From: Dehalococcoidia bacterium
Lineage (GTDB): Bacteria; Chloroflexota; Dehalococcoidia; Dehalococcoidales; BS750m-G39
DNA length: 43,040 nucleotides
Assembly (NCBI GenBank): GCA_011176635.1
Contig: DUEC01000001.1
Coordinates: forward strand, 1-43,040
Direction of reading: 5' to 3'
The notes under the pieces: model-generated
What the model was told of the DNA's origin: nothing
The model's database searches: none
What the model saw: the letters and a program-made list of their open reading frames with translations, nothing else
Program-made: the position numbers and the translations under genes
Shown here: positions 18,569 through 28,071 of the stretch, piece after piece
Layout of the letters: each line of letters opens with the position of its first letter
Numbering within the stretch: position 1 is the first letter of the stretch

Positions 18569-18684
18569 ATGATTGGTGGTGGCCAGATTGACGATGAAGT
18601 CAGGAAATATGCATATGCCGATGCCTACGGTAAAGACGCCATGGTGGCAGTGTCACTAGAAAAGGATGGGTAGAAGCCAATTGA
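18569..18684 (+). pseudogene. 3' remnant of a corrinoid (B12-binding) methyltransferase protein gene
   Basis: MIGGGQIDDEVRKYAYADAYGKDAMVAVSL, then a one-base shift to KGWVEAN*. This is the MIGG...GADAY..DA..AV C-terminus of MtaC/MtbC-type proteins; the DxHxxG part is absent. Confidence 0.8.
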
Positions 18685-20012
18685 CAGTAGAGAAGAAATG
18701 GGCTGAGTTATCTCCCGAGGAAAAGCGGGAAGAGCGATTCAAGAGATGGCTTTCGCCTGATGTTAAGTTCTCCAGCCCAGAAGCCGAGAAAGCCTACAAG
18801 GCAAGATTAACGAGGATAATCGAAGCTATTCGGCTGAGGGAACCTGACCGGGTACCGGTTAATCTGCCGTCGGGATATTTCCCGACTTATTATGCTGGGA
18901 TAACGCTCCGGACGGCCATGTATGATTATGATGAACTCTGCCAGGCGTGGCTGAAGTTTATGCAGGATTTTGATATGGATACGTTTGGAGGTCCCGGTCT
19001 TGTCTTTCCAGGTAGGGTAAGTGAGCTTCTTGATACGAGAATATCGAAATGGCCGGGCCACGGTCTTCCTGCTGATGTAAGATTTCATCAGTTTGTTGAA
19101 GGCGAATATATGAAGGCGGACGAATACGATGTCTTCCTGAATGACCCGTCGGATTTTTGCCTTAGATTCTATCTGCCCCGCACATTAGGAGCTCTGGAGC
19201 CTTTCCATAGGCTTTCTCCCTTCACACATGCATTGGGGATGCCGACCAATTTTTTAGCATCGTGCACAATGCCGGATGTTCAGGCGGCGTTTCAATCTAT
19301 TGTAGATGCTGGTAGAGAACTGGGGAAATGGTGGGAGGCTGTTGAGGACTGTAGCCAGAAGGTGATGTCAGAGGGATTCCCGTCTTTCTGGGGTGGCATG
19401 GCCATGGCGCCCTTTGATACCTTCGCCGATACATTAAGAGGAACTCGGGGGATAGTCATGGATATGTACCGGCAGCCGGATAAGTTACTAGAAGCCATGG
19501 AAAAAGTAACACCCCTGAATATTGAGGGGGCAGTGTCGGCTGCCAACGCCTCCGGAGGTCCAGTAATATTTATGCCGTTGCATAAAGGTGATGATTCTTT
19601 TATGTCCAACAAGCAGTACGAGACCTTCTACTGGCCCACCTTGGAAAAGGTTATTTTAGGCTTGGTTGATGAGGGCCTCGTGCCGCTGTTATTCGCTGAG
19701 GGAAGCTATAATAGGCGTTTGGAGATTATTAAAGATTTGCCCAGGGGCGTGGTGGTGTGGCATTTTGACCAGACGGATATGGCCAGAGCCAAAGAAGTCC
19801 TTGGTGACTCCGCCTGTATCGCCGGGAATGTACCTGCCTCGCTGATATGCACGGGTACGCCCCAGGCTGTTAAAGAATACTGCCGTCAGCTTATCGAGGT
19901 TTGTGGTAAGGGTGGCGGTTATATCTTAACCGGCGGGGCAGCTGTTGATAAGTGCAATCCCGATAATCTGCGTGCCATGATGACAGCCGCCAAAGAATAT
20001 GGCACCTACTAG
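18681..20012 (+). CDS. UroD/MtaA (methylcobamide methyltransferase) superfamily protein
   Basis: EPDRVPV, APFD...LRG, DMYRQP, FYWPTL, CIAGNVP and GGGYIL..G. TTG at 18681 overlaps the stop of the corrinoid remnant; the ORF track starts at 18666. Confidence 0.85.
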   Translation: MTVEKKWAELSPEEKREERFKRWLSPDVKFSSPEAEKAYKARLTRIIEAIRLREPDRVPVNLPSGYFPTYYAGITLRTAMYDYDELCQAWLKFMQDFDMDTFGGPGLVFPGRVSELLDTRISKWPGHGLPADVRFHQFVEGEYMKADEYDVFLNDPSDFCLRFYLPRTLGALEPFHRLSPFTHALGMPTNFLASCTMPDVQAAFQSIVDAGRELGKWWEAVEDCSQKVMSEGFPSFWGGMAMAPFDTFADTLRGTRGIVMDMYRQPDKLLEAMEKVTPLNIEGAVSAANASGGPVIFMPLHKGDDSFMSNKQYETFYWPTLEKVILGLVDEGLVPLLFAEGSYNRRLEIIKDLPRGVVVWHFDQTDMARAKEVLGDSACIAGNVPASLICTGTPQAVKEYCRQLIEVCGKGGGYILTGGAAVDKCNPDNLRAMMTAAKEYGTY

Positions 20013-20158
20013 ATAGAGGGAGGCCGTCTTCTGGCATAGTAAGCTCAAGGGTTTCACTTACCTCGTGTGGGCCAACCTCCATCCTTGTGGCGGTTCTTTC
20101 TTAGGTGAGCCCTCTCTATCTTCATATCTTTGTCACGCATCGCTTCCTGTTTGGAGTA

Positions 20159-20186
20159 TTGACAAGCATAATATGGAGAGTATAAT
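20159..20186 (+). promoter_or_regulatory. Consensus sigma70 promoter of the ABC transporter operon
   Basis: TTGACA-N16-TATAAT, followed by an inverted repeat TAGAA-N9-TTCTA at 20196-20214. Confidence 0.75.
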
Positions 20187-20249
20187 TGCAGTTACTAGAA
20201 CGGAATAATTTCTAAACTAAAAAGTCTCGCTGAAGAAAGGAGGCAAACA

Positions 20250-20273
20250 ATGATTCAGGTAGGGGTGAAATAG
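20250..20273 (+). CDS. Candidate leader peptide MIQVGVK
   Basis: AAAGGAGG RBS 6 nt upstream of an ATG; 7 codons then TAG, within the 5' leader of the binding-protein gene. Confidence 0.35.
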   Translation: MIQVGVK

Positions 20274-20309
20274 TTTCTGGAGAATTCACAAAGGAGGCAT
20301 GTTTTAACA

Positions 20310-21908
20310 ATGAATAAGTTACTTGTTTGTTTGTTAGTGTTAGCCCTGATAGCAGTGCCCTTATTTGCTGCCTGTGATGAAGATGGTGTAACAACCACAC
20401 CGCCGACCACACCGCCGACCACACCAGCCGAAGAAGAACCGGTATACGGTGGTGTCATGAGAGTCGTTGGGGGTACCTTTCCATCGGTTGTAGGATATCC
20501 ACCGGAATTCAGCCCCACTGACAGCATATACGCCCTGCCCTGCATAGAAAGACTATGCGAATGGGATGAAGATGGGGTTCAAATCCCAGTGTTAGCTACA
20601 GCCTGGGTAGTAGACCAGGATAACCTGACCATCACTTGGTACCTGAGGGAAGGCGTTACCTTTCATGATGGGACACCCTGGAATGCCGAGGCATGCCGGT
20701 GGAACTTCCAGCTACAATTGGACGGGGGCAGGTTACCTTATGGTCAATACGTAGAGTCCCTTGAAGTTGTTGATGAGTACATTTTCAGGATGCATCTTAC
20801 GGACTACACCTGGTACATGATCGAACAATATGGGTGGGTCATGATGATTTCGCCGACAGCATTTGAAAATGCCGGCGACACTCTTGAAGAGCGTATAGAT
20901 TGGGCTCGCTCAAACTCAGTAGGGACAGGTCCCTTCCAACTTGTTGATTTTCAGCGAGATGTCATCCTCGTATACGAGGGGAATGATGACTACTGGCGGG
21001 AAGGCATGCCATATCTCGATGGTATCGAAGCCAGTTTCATTCCAGACCCCGTGACAGCCGCAGCCAAGATGGAGGCGGGAGAGGCAGATATGTGGATATA
21101 CGCGCAATCCGTACAAAGCATTCTTGACTTAGAGGAAATGGGGCTTACGGTAAACCGGGGGACTGGCCTGTCTGGTATGTTCTGGTCGCTCTTGCCTAAT
21201 TCCAGCGACCCCGACTCACCACTTGCCATTCAGGAGGTACGCGAGGCAATAGAGTATGCCATTGACCGCCCGGCCATAGCCGAGATGCTGGGATTCGGCG
21301 AGTATGAACCTCTTCATCAGATAGCTTCCCAAGATTGGCCGGGTTATGTTGAGGGTTATGACCCCCGACCGTATGATCCGGCGATGGCCGAACAGTTGCT
21401 GGCTGATGCGGGTTACGCCGGTGGCTTCGAGATCTCGATAATGGCCACGGATGCAGCACGTGATGCTGTCTCCGCTTTACAGGCTTATCTGGGTGATGTA
21501 GGCATTGATGTTGAACCGGATATCGCCGACTTTGGCAGATACTTTACTGCTCTCTTTTTCACAGGCTGGGATGACCTAGTATTAGCTGCGTCTGGAATCA
21601 ACCCCGATGCCACTGACTTATTCGTCCATTTTGGCCCCACCCCGATGACCTTCATGACTGGTAACATCTATAAGTCACCCGAATACCTAGCTCTATGCGA
21701 TGAGGCGCTGGATCCCCAGTATGCAGATGCCTTTGAGGCAATGGATACGATAAGGGATGCAGTAATGCAGGCCGGTGAGGATGCTATGATTATCCCACTT
21801 TGGAGAGACCTCAGCGTGGCGGTGATGCAGTCCTATGTTCACAGCGATTATTTCATGATACACGGCGTCATCTGGACCCCGTATGACACTTGGATGGAAC
21901 CACATTAA
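20310..21908 (+). CDS. ABC transporter substrate-binding lipoprotein, family 5 (OppA/DppA-like)
   Basis: Lipobox LFAAC, T/P linker, LREGVTFHDGTP, GTGPF and VREAIEYAIDR. Confidence 0.93.
   Translation: MNKLLVCLLVLALIAVPLFAACDEDGVTTTPPTTPPTTPAEEEPVYGGVMRVVGGTFPSVVGYPPEFSPTDSIYALPCIERLCEWDEDGVQIPVLATAWVVDQDNLTITWYLREGVTFHDGTPWNAEACRWNFQLQLDGGRLPYGQYVESLEVVDEYIFRMHLTDYTWYMIEQYGWVMMISPTAFENAGDTLEERIDWARSNSVGTGPFQLVDFQRDVILVYEGNDDYWREGMPYLDGIEASFIPDPVTAAAKMEAGEADMWIYAQSVQSILDLEEMGLTVNRGTGLSGMFWSLLPNSSDPDSPLAIQEVREAIEYAIDRPAIAEMLGFGEYEPLHQIASQDWPGYVEGYDPRPYDPAMAEQLLADAGYAGGFEISIMATDAARDAVSALQAYLGDVGIDVEPDIADFGRYFTALFFTGWDDLVLAASGINPDATDLFVHFGPTPMTFMTGNIYKSPEYLALCDEALDPQYADAFEAMDTIRDAVMQAGEDAMIIPLWRDLSVAVMQSYVHSDYFMIHGVIWTPYDTWMEPH
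20394..20425 (+). repeat. 12-bp tandem repeat (ACCACACCGCCG x2.7) encoding a TTPP linker
   Basis: Directly visible at 20394, 20406 and partially at 20418. Confidence 0.85.
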
Positions 21909-21925
21909 GCAGTCTGAATAAGAAA

Positions 21926-21978
21926 GCCGGGTGATTCATTCTCATCCCTGGAATGGGGCCGGGGGTGAATCACCCGGC
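21926..21978 (+). other. Strong intercistronic stem-loop after the binding-protein gene
   Basis: Perfect 13-bp inverted repeat GCCGGGTGATTCA/TGAATCACCCGGC, extendable by G-U pairs; no adjacent U-tract. Confidence 0.8.
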
Positions 21979-22107
21979 GCAAAGAAGAAAGTAGTAATTC
22001 TTTTTAGTAGCTAGCCTGCGGATTACTTAGACAAATCTTTGAGGTCTGGGCTGAGTACCGGTTTGTGCCTGACCAAGAAGATTTCTTAATGCCGACCGGG
22101 ATTTAAT

Positions 22108-23067
22108 ATGACAACATATATTGTCCGGCGACTGATACAGGCATTGGTCGTTCTTATCCTAGTGACCCTGATTGTTTTCTTTGTCATGCGACTACTGCCT
22201 GGCGACCCAATACTGATTTACGTGGCCCAGACTGCGGAATTAGAAGCTATGCCTCAGGAAAGGATTGATGAACTCCGGGCCGAGTTTGGTCTGGATAAGC
22301 CGATAATGGTGCAATACGCCAATTGGATGGCGGGCATTTTCCGGGGGGATTTCGGCACCTCAATATTCTACCGCGAGGATGTGGGCACGCTCATGCTTGA
22401 GCGTTTCCCCATAACCATTCACCTGACCTTGCTCTCCTTGATAGTTGGTGCCATTTTCGGCGTCCTGGCGGGGATGCTCACGGCTGTGAGGCGGGGCAAA
22501 TGGTTGGATAAAATAGTCACACCTCTGACATATGTCGGTCTAACCATCCCTGTGTTCTTGTTGGGGATATTGCTGATATACGCTTTTGGCGTCAAGCTCG
22601 GCTGGCTGCCCATATCGGGCTACACCTCGCCACTGGATGATTTCTGGTTGAGCACCAGGCAGGTGATTATGCCCGTCTTTTGTCTGGCTATTTTTGGTGT
22701 GGCGGCTAACGCGCGCCAGATGCGGTCAAGCATGCTTGAGGTTACCCGGCAGGACTATATTCGCACCGCCTGGTCCAAGGGCTTAGGAGAGCGCGCGGTA
22801 GTAATGAGGCATATGCTGAAAAACAGCCTCATCCCGGTTATTACCCTGATGGGTGTTAGTGTCAGCATCATCCTTGGCGGTTCGGTGCTCGTTGAGAGGG
22901 TGTTTGCCATTCCCGGTGTCGGCAGTTTGTTGGTCAGCAGCATTTTTGGCCAGGACTACGTAGTGGTACAGGCCATTACTTTGATCTTTGCCGTCATAAT
23001 CTTATTGGTCAATTTGATTGTTGATATATCTTATGCTTGGCTTGACCCCAGGATACGGTATGGCTAG
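22108..23067 (+). CDS. Peptide/nickel ABC transporter permease (OppB/DppB-like)
   Basis: LPGDP, FGLDKP, GDFGTS and RSSMLEV..QDYIRTA.SKG. Confidence 0.93.
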   Translation: MTTYIVRRLIQALVVLILVTLIVFFVMRLLPGDPILIYVAQTAELEAMPQERIDELRAEFGLDKPIMVQYANWMAGIFRGDFGTSIFYREDVGTLMLERFPITIHLTLLSLIVGAIFGVLAGMLTAVRRGKWLDKIVTPLTYVGLTIPVFLLGILLIYAFGVKLGWLPISGYTSPLDDFWLSTRQVIMPVFCLAIFGVAANARQMRSSMLEVTRQDYIRTAWSKGLGERAVVMRHMLKNSLIPVITLMGVSVSIILGGSVLVERVFAIPGVGSLLVSSIFGQDYVVVQAITLIFAVIILLVNLIVDISYAWLDPRIRYG

Positions 23068-23079
23068 CGAGCGTAGAAT

Positions 23080-23994
23080 ATGGTAGAAAAACATACCAGC
23101 GACATAGGTTTCTCAGAAGCTCCAGTCCGCGCCAGCGAGTGGCGGCGCTTTCGGCGGGTATTCTTTGAGCGCAAGCTGGTTACCTTCGGGCTGGTGGTAT
23201 TAGTGTTGATGGTGATTGCCGCCGCCTTTGCCCCGTTGCTGACACCCTACGACCCCTATGAGCTAGGAGACGCGGGTGAGTCGTTGCTTCAACCGGGCGG
23301 GGAGCACCTCCTGGGCACTGACCTTCTAGGTAGAGATACGCTAAGCCGGCTCATCTACGGCGCAAGGACGGCGCTGATGGTCGGCTTTATATCGGTTTTT
23401 ATTTCTGGCTTCATTGGTGTTCCGCTGGGGATAATTGCCGGATACTTTGGCGGCGTTATTAATATGGTCATCATGAGGGCTATGGACGCAATTATGTGCT
23501 TCCCGATGCTTTTACTGGCCCTTTTACTTGCCGCCGTGCTAAGAGAATACGATGTTATTAGTGGCATCTGGGTCGTTATCATCGCCCTGAGCATCGCCAT
23601 AATACCTGGATACGCTAGGGTAACACACGGAGTGACCTTGAGCATCAAGGAAAATGAATATATTATGGCCCAACGGGCTATGGGCTCCAGCAATATGCGC
23701 GTGATGTTTAGACATATCCTACCCAATGCCTTTCCGCCGCTGATAGTGCTGGTGACGATGCAGCTGGGGGCTTTAATCCTGGCCGAAGCCGGACTCAGCT
23801 TCTTGGGCATCGGCATTGACCCACCGGGCGCGGCCTGGGGAGCAATGGTTTGGGATGGCTATAGATATTTAGCCAACAATACGGCGCTTTGGCTGTCGCC
23901 TGGTATTGCCATTGCGCTGGTGGTATTTGCCTTCAATATGGTGGGGGACGGCTTAAGGGATGCCCTCGATCCCAGGCTCAGAGGCTTACTCTAG
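23080..23994 (+). CDS. Peptide/nickel ABC transporter permease (OppC/DppC-like)
   Basis: HLLGTDLLGRD, RHILPN, EAGLSFLG and GDGLRDALDPR. Confidence 0.93.
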   Translation: MVEKHTSDIGFSEAPVRASEWRRFRRVFFERKLVTFGLVVLVLMVIAAAFAPLLTPYDPYELGDAGESLLQPGGEHLLGTDLLGRDTLSRLIYGARTALMVGFISVFISGFIGVPLGIIAGYFGGVINMVIMRAMDAIMCFPMLLLALLLAAVLREYDVISGIWVVIIALSIAIIPGYARVTHGVTLSIKENEYIMAQRAMGSSNMRVMFRHILPNAFPPLIVLVTMQLGALILAEAGLSFLGIGIDPPGAAWGAMVWDGYRYLANNTALWLSPGIAIALVVFAFNMVGDGLRDALDPRLRGLL

Positions 23995-24010
23995 TGATAA
24001 GGAAAAGAGC

Positions 24011-25015
24011 ATGGCGGAGTTATTGAAAGTAGAAAACCTGAAGACTCAGTTCCACACCGAGGGCGGTGTGGTCAAGGCGGTGGATGGCATTTCCTACCAC
24101 ATCGACGAGCGAGAAATAATTGGCCTGGTGGGGGAGAGTGGTTGTGGTAAATCAGTCAGCCAGCTTTCGGTGATGCAGTTAATATCCACGCCGGGTGAAA
24201 TTGTCGGCGGTGAGGTTATCTTCGAGGGACAGGACCTACTCAAGTATAAGACTCACGGACCGGAAATGCGTTCTGTTCGCGGTGCTAAGATAGCCATGAT
24301 ATTTCAGGAACCAATGACCTCGCTCAACCCGGTATTGACCATTAATCAGCAGTTAACGGAAATGCTAGAGCTACACCTGGGGATGAGCAAGAAGGTGGCT
24401 AGGGAAAGGGCAATCGAGCTACTCGGAATGGTGGGTATCCCCAGTGCCCATAACCGCATTGATGATTATCCCCATCAGTTCAGCGGCGGCATGCGGCAGA
24501 GGGTGATGATTGCTATGGCGCTTTCCTGCAGTCCAAAGATACTCATCGCCGATGAACCAACAACAGCTCTGGATGTGACCACCCAGGCACAGTTATTAGA
24601 GCTGATGAAGGATATGGTCGAGCGATTTAAAGCCTCGTTGGTTATCGTGACCCACAACCTAGGCGTTGTGGCCCGGTATGCACAGAGGATATATATTATG
24701 TATGCCGGGCGCATCGTGGAGGAAGGCACGATTAAGGATATATTCGGTAAGCCGCGCCATCCGTATACTATAGGATTGCTTAAATGCATACCCAGGCTGG
24801 ATGAGGAGGAGGGGAGGAAACTGGTCCCTATTGAGGGCCTACCGCCTAATCTGATTAACATGCCACCCACCTGTGCCTTTCTACCCAGGTGCTCTTACAA
24901 GGTCGAAAGGTGTTTTCAAGAGCCCTGGCCTCCACTCAAACGTCTGCATGACCGACACTACATCAGCTGCTATGCTAATACCGAGGAGAAGACAGGTGAA
25001 CCCACTGAAAGATGA
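24011..25015 (+). CDS. Peptide ABC transporter ATPase (OppD/DppD-like)
   Basis: [26 protein letters not shown] and HPYT. Confidence 0.94.
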   Translation: MAELLKVENLKTQFHTEGGVVKAVDGISYHIDEREIIGLVGESGCGKSVSQLSVMQLISTPGEIVGGEVIFEGQDLLKYKTHGPEMRSVRGAKIAMIFQEPMTSLNPVLTINQQLTEMLELHLGMSKKVARERAIELLGMVGIPSAHNRIDDYPHQFSGGMRQRVMIAMALSCSPKILIADEPTTALDVTTQAQLLELMKDMVERFKASLVIVTHNLGVVARYAQRIYIMYAGRIVEEGTIKDIFGKPRHPYTIGLLKCIPRLDEEEGRKLVPIEGLPPNLINMPPTCAFLPRCSYKVERCFQEPWPPLKRLHDRHYISCYANTEEKTGEPTER

Positions 25016-25985
25016 GGCTATTTTAGACGTCAGAGACCTGAAAATGTACTTCCCGGTTACCAGGGGCCTCCTGCGGAGAAAGGTGGCTGATGTCAAAGCT
25101 GTTGACGGTGTCACCTTTAAGATCAGGAGGGGTGAAACGTTAGGATTGGTAGGGGAGAGCGGCTGCGGCAAAACCACCATTGGCCGCTGTGTTCTCAGGT
25201 TATATCAGCCCACCAGCGGCAGTATTTTCTTTGAAGGAGAAGAGCTCTCCTCTTTATCGGAGTCAAAGATGAGGCGAATCCGCTGCAACATGGCGCTCAT
25301 TTTTCAAGACCCCTATAGCTCGCTAGACCCCCGCCAGAGCGCGGGCAGTATCGTTGGCGAACCGTTAAAGGTTCACAACTGGGTTGGCAGTCAGTCTGAA
25401 TATAACGATAGAGTGGAGCAGCTGTTTCGCCTGGTTGGGCTGGACTCCAGCATGACTGACCGCTTCCCCCATGAGTTCAGCGGTGGCCAAAGACAACGCA
25501 TTGGTGTCGCCCGCGCCCTGGCTTGTGAACCCTCTCTGATAGTCTGCGACGAGCCCATTTCCGCTTTGGATGTTTCCATACAAGCCCAGATAATCAACCT
25601 GCTAGAGGAGTTGCAGGCAGGAATAAAGGGGCTGACCTATCTCTTCATCGCCCACGACCTTTCGGTGGTCAAGCACATAAGCGATCGGGTGGCGGTGATG
25701 TATCTTGGCCACATAGTGGAAATTACCAAATCAAGAACGCTGTACGAGAACCCCTTGCATCCGTACACCAAGTCGCTGCTTTCCGCAGTGCCCATAGCTG
25801 ACCCCTTTGTGGAGGAAAAGCGTGAGCGTATTATCCTTAAGGGAGAGGTGCCCACCCCGTTGAACCCACCGTCCGGCTGTAGTTTTCACCCCCGCTGCTT
25901 CATGGCCACACCAGAGTGCAGCCAAGCGGTACCACCACTGCGCGATGTCGGTGCTGGTCACCAGGTAGCCTGTATCAGGGTTTAA
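24996..25985 (+). CDS. Peptide ABC transporter ATPase (OppF/DppF-like)
   Basis: [23 protein letters not shown] and GCSFHPRC; GTG at 24996 with GAGGAG RBS. Confidence 0.94.
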   Translation: MNPLKDEAILDVRDLKMYFPVTRGLLRRKVADVKAVDGVTFKIRRGETLGLVGESGCGKTTIGRCVLRLYQPTSGSIFFEGEELSSLSESKMRRIRCNMALIFQDPYSSLDPRQSAGSIVGEPLKVHNWVGSQSEYNDRVEQLFRLVGLDSSMTDRFPHEFSGGQRQRIGVARALACEPSLIVCDEPISALDVSIQAQIINLLEELQAGIKGLTYLFIAHDLSVVKHISDRVAVMYLGHIVEITKSRTLYENPLHPYTKSLLSAVPIADPFVEEKRERIILKGEVPTPLNPPSGCSFHPRCFMATPECSQAVPPLRDVGAGHQVACIRV

Positions 25986-26060
25986 CGAACATTTAATAAG
26001 TAGCCAACCAGTTATTGGCTGAGGCTAATGAACTGAATTTTTAATAAGGAGGACACACAA

Positions 26061-28016
26061 ATGAGTACATGGCATGATTATTTTAAGGAACAAGGTCACG
26101 CACCAGATTGGCCGTATCCTATCCGCTTCGACCAGGAGCAAGAAATCGACGCCGATGTCCTGGTGATTGGTGGTGGTATCGCCGGTTGCTGGGCAGCCAT
26201 CAGTGCCGCCAGGCAGGGACTGAACGTTGTCCTTGCCGAAAAAGGAGATACCGTCAGGAGTGGCGCCGGAGGCCCTGGCTGCGACCACTGGTGTGATGTT
26301 CCGGCAAACCCCCTATCCAACGTGGACCCGGATGAATGGGCACGGCACATGGCCGAGCGGCCATACTGCAACGGTATTGGCCTCCAGATACAGTGCCGTG
26401 AGAACTATGACACCCTGCTCGAACTGGAACAGATGGGAGGCAAAGTCAGGGACAGCGGTGATGAATACGTGGGCGCTCAGGGCCGGGATGAGAAGACCAA
26501 GTTCATGATTTCCCCGCGCTATACGAAAGTCCACAGTTATGTCCCGGTGGATGAAAAAACAGAGGGAAAAATCTTTGCCAGTAATCCGGAAGGAAAACTG
26601 AACAACGTGGTAATACGGGTCTGGGGGTCCACTTTTAAACCCGTATTAAAAAAGGAGTGTCAGCGCTTAGGGGTTAAAATCTTTGACCGCGTGATGATGA
26701 CCAGCCTGCTGACCGAGAACGGAGCCCAGGGCGCCCGGGTGGTCGGGGCCACCGGCCTCAACAGCCGCACCGGTGAATTCATGATTTTCAAATCCAAATC
26801 GACCATCCTGGCCACCTCCGGAGCCGGGTCGATATGGCTGATAAGCACCGAATTAGGCGGCTATTGCAACATGATGTCCCGAACCATTGCCGGCGACGGC
26901 ACCGCCATGGCCTGGAAAGCCGGGGCTGAACTGACCACGATGGAAAGCACCGGAATCGTGCGCATTGCTGTCGGCTATAAGCATAAGTGGTATACCGGGG
27001 CAGGTGACGCCAGTTATGAGAATGTTCCTATCGTAGATGCCAACGGTAAAAGAGTGCCTTTCCCGATACAGGGCTGGGTCGACGCAGGGTATATGGTCCC
27101 CAGCCCCGAAGTTGAGCAAGCCGTCCGGGAAGGGATACTCAAGGGCGAATACGCGCTGCCGTTCTACGGTGATTTTCCGGCCATGCCTGAGGTAGAGAGA
27201 AACGCTACCTGGAAGCTGATGCTGGGAGAAGAATCTACCACCAAAGTTATTACCAAAACCTTCAACGATGCCGGCTATGACCCCAGCCGGGACTTACTCC
27301 AGAGTTACCGGTATATTGAGGGTAACAGTTTAGCGCAATGGCGGGAGGCCAGTTACGGTGGTGGCATATTAGTCGACTGGGACTTGAAGACCTCTCTTGA
27401 GGGGCTGTATGCCGCCGGGACGCAGATGTTTTCCCCCGAGGACCATAGCTATGCGGCGGCTACCGGCAGGTATGCCGGCCGAAAAGCGGCCGCCTATGCC
27501 CGGCAGGTCGGTGAGCCCCAGATATCACGTGAACAGGCCGTCCTTGAGAAAGCCCGGGTTTATGCCCCGGTTAAGCGCAGCAGCGGCATGGAGTGGAAAG
27601 AGCTTCATGCCGGTATTGCCAGAGCCATGCAATATTACTGCAGTGAGTTTAAAACCGAGAGTCTTCTGAATATGGGTCTGGGCACCCTGCGAAAAATCGA
27701 AGAGGAATCAGTGCCTTTACTATTTGCTCTGGACCCACATAAGCTGATGCGCAGTCTGGAAGACCTCAGTCTTTTAACTTACGCTCAAATCGTTACCCAC
27801 GCTTCTCTGGCGCGCAAGGCCAGTAGCATCCCCCTTAATTTCCAGAGGATAGACTACCCGGCTCTGGACCCACCGGAGTGGAGGAAGTATCTTACGCTTA
27901 AGCTGGAAAACGGCAAGGTCAAAGCCGGCGAATTGCCGCTGGCCTTTTGGGGTGACATGAAAAATCAGTATGAAGCCCGTAATAAAGACTATACTGGCGT
28001 ATATAAGGGAAAATGA
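26061..28016 (+). CDS. AprA-like FAD-dependent oxidoreductase, function unknown, copy 2
   Basis: Paralog of 16100-18091: WPYP, DVLVIGGGIAG, RSGAGGPGCDHW, DWDLKTSLEGLY and HASLARKAS; AAGGAGG RBS. Confidence 0.8.
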   Translation: MSTWHDYFKEQGHAPDWPYPIRFDQEQEIDADVLVIGGGIAGCWAAISAARQGLNVVLAEKGDTVRSGAGGPGCDHWCDVPANPLSNVDPDEWARHMAERPYCNGIGLQIQCRENYDTLLELEQMGGKVRDSGDEYVGAQGRDEKTKFMISPRYTKVHSYVPVDEKTEGKIFASNPEGKLNNVVIRVWGSTFKPVLKKECQRLGVKIFDRVMMTSLLTENGAQGARVVGATGLNSRTGEFMIFKSKSTILATSGAGSIWLISTELGGYCNMMSRTIAGDGTAMAWKAGAELTTMESTGIVRIAVGYKHKWYTGAGDASYENVPIVDANGKRVPFPIQGWVDAGYMVPSPEVEQAVREGILKGEYALPFYGDFPAMPEVERNATWKLMLGEESTTKVITKTFNDAGYDPSRDLLQSYRYIEGNSLAQWREASYGGGILVDWDLKTSLEGLYAAGTQMFSPEDHSYAAATGRYAGRKAAAYARQVGEPQISREQAVLEKARVYAPVKRSSGMEWKELHAGIARAMQYYCSEFKTESLLNMGLGTLRKIEEESVPLLFALDPHKLMRSLEDLSLLTYAQIVTHASLARKASSIPLNFQRIDYPALDPPEWRKYLTLKLENGKVKAGELPLAFWGDMKNQYEARNKDYTGVYKGK

Positions 28017-28071
28017 TAGTTTCAAAATCGAAACTATGCCTTTTAAGTAAGTCGGATTTTTGGAGGAAAAG

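Noticed and set aside
20013-20125. Possible riboswitch or ncRNA after the UroD-like gene (AGGGTTTCACTTA / TAGGTGAGCCCT pairing)
   Set aside because: It lies upstream of the next promoter and shows no cobalamin, SAM, TPP or Moco riboswitch motifs that I recognise. An Rfam scan would settle it.
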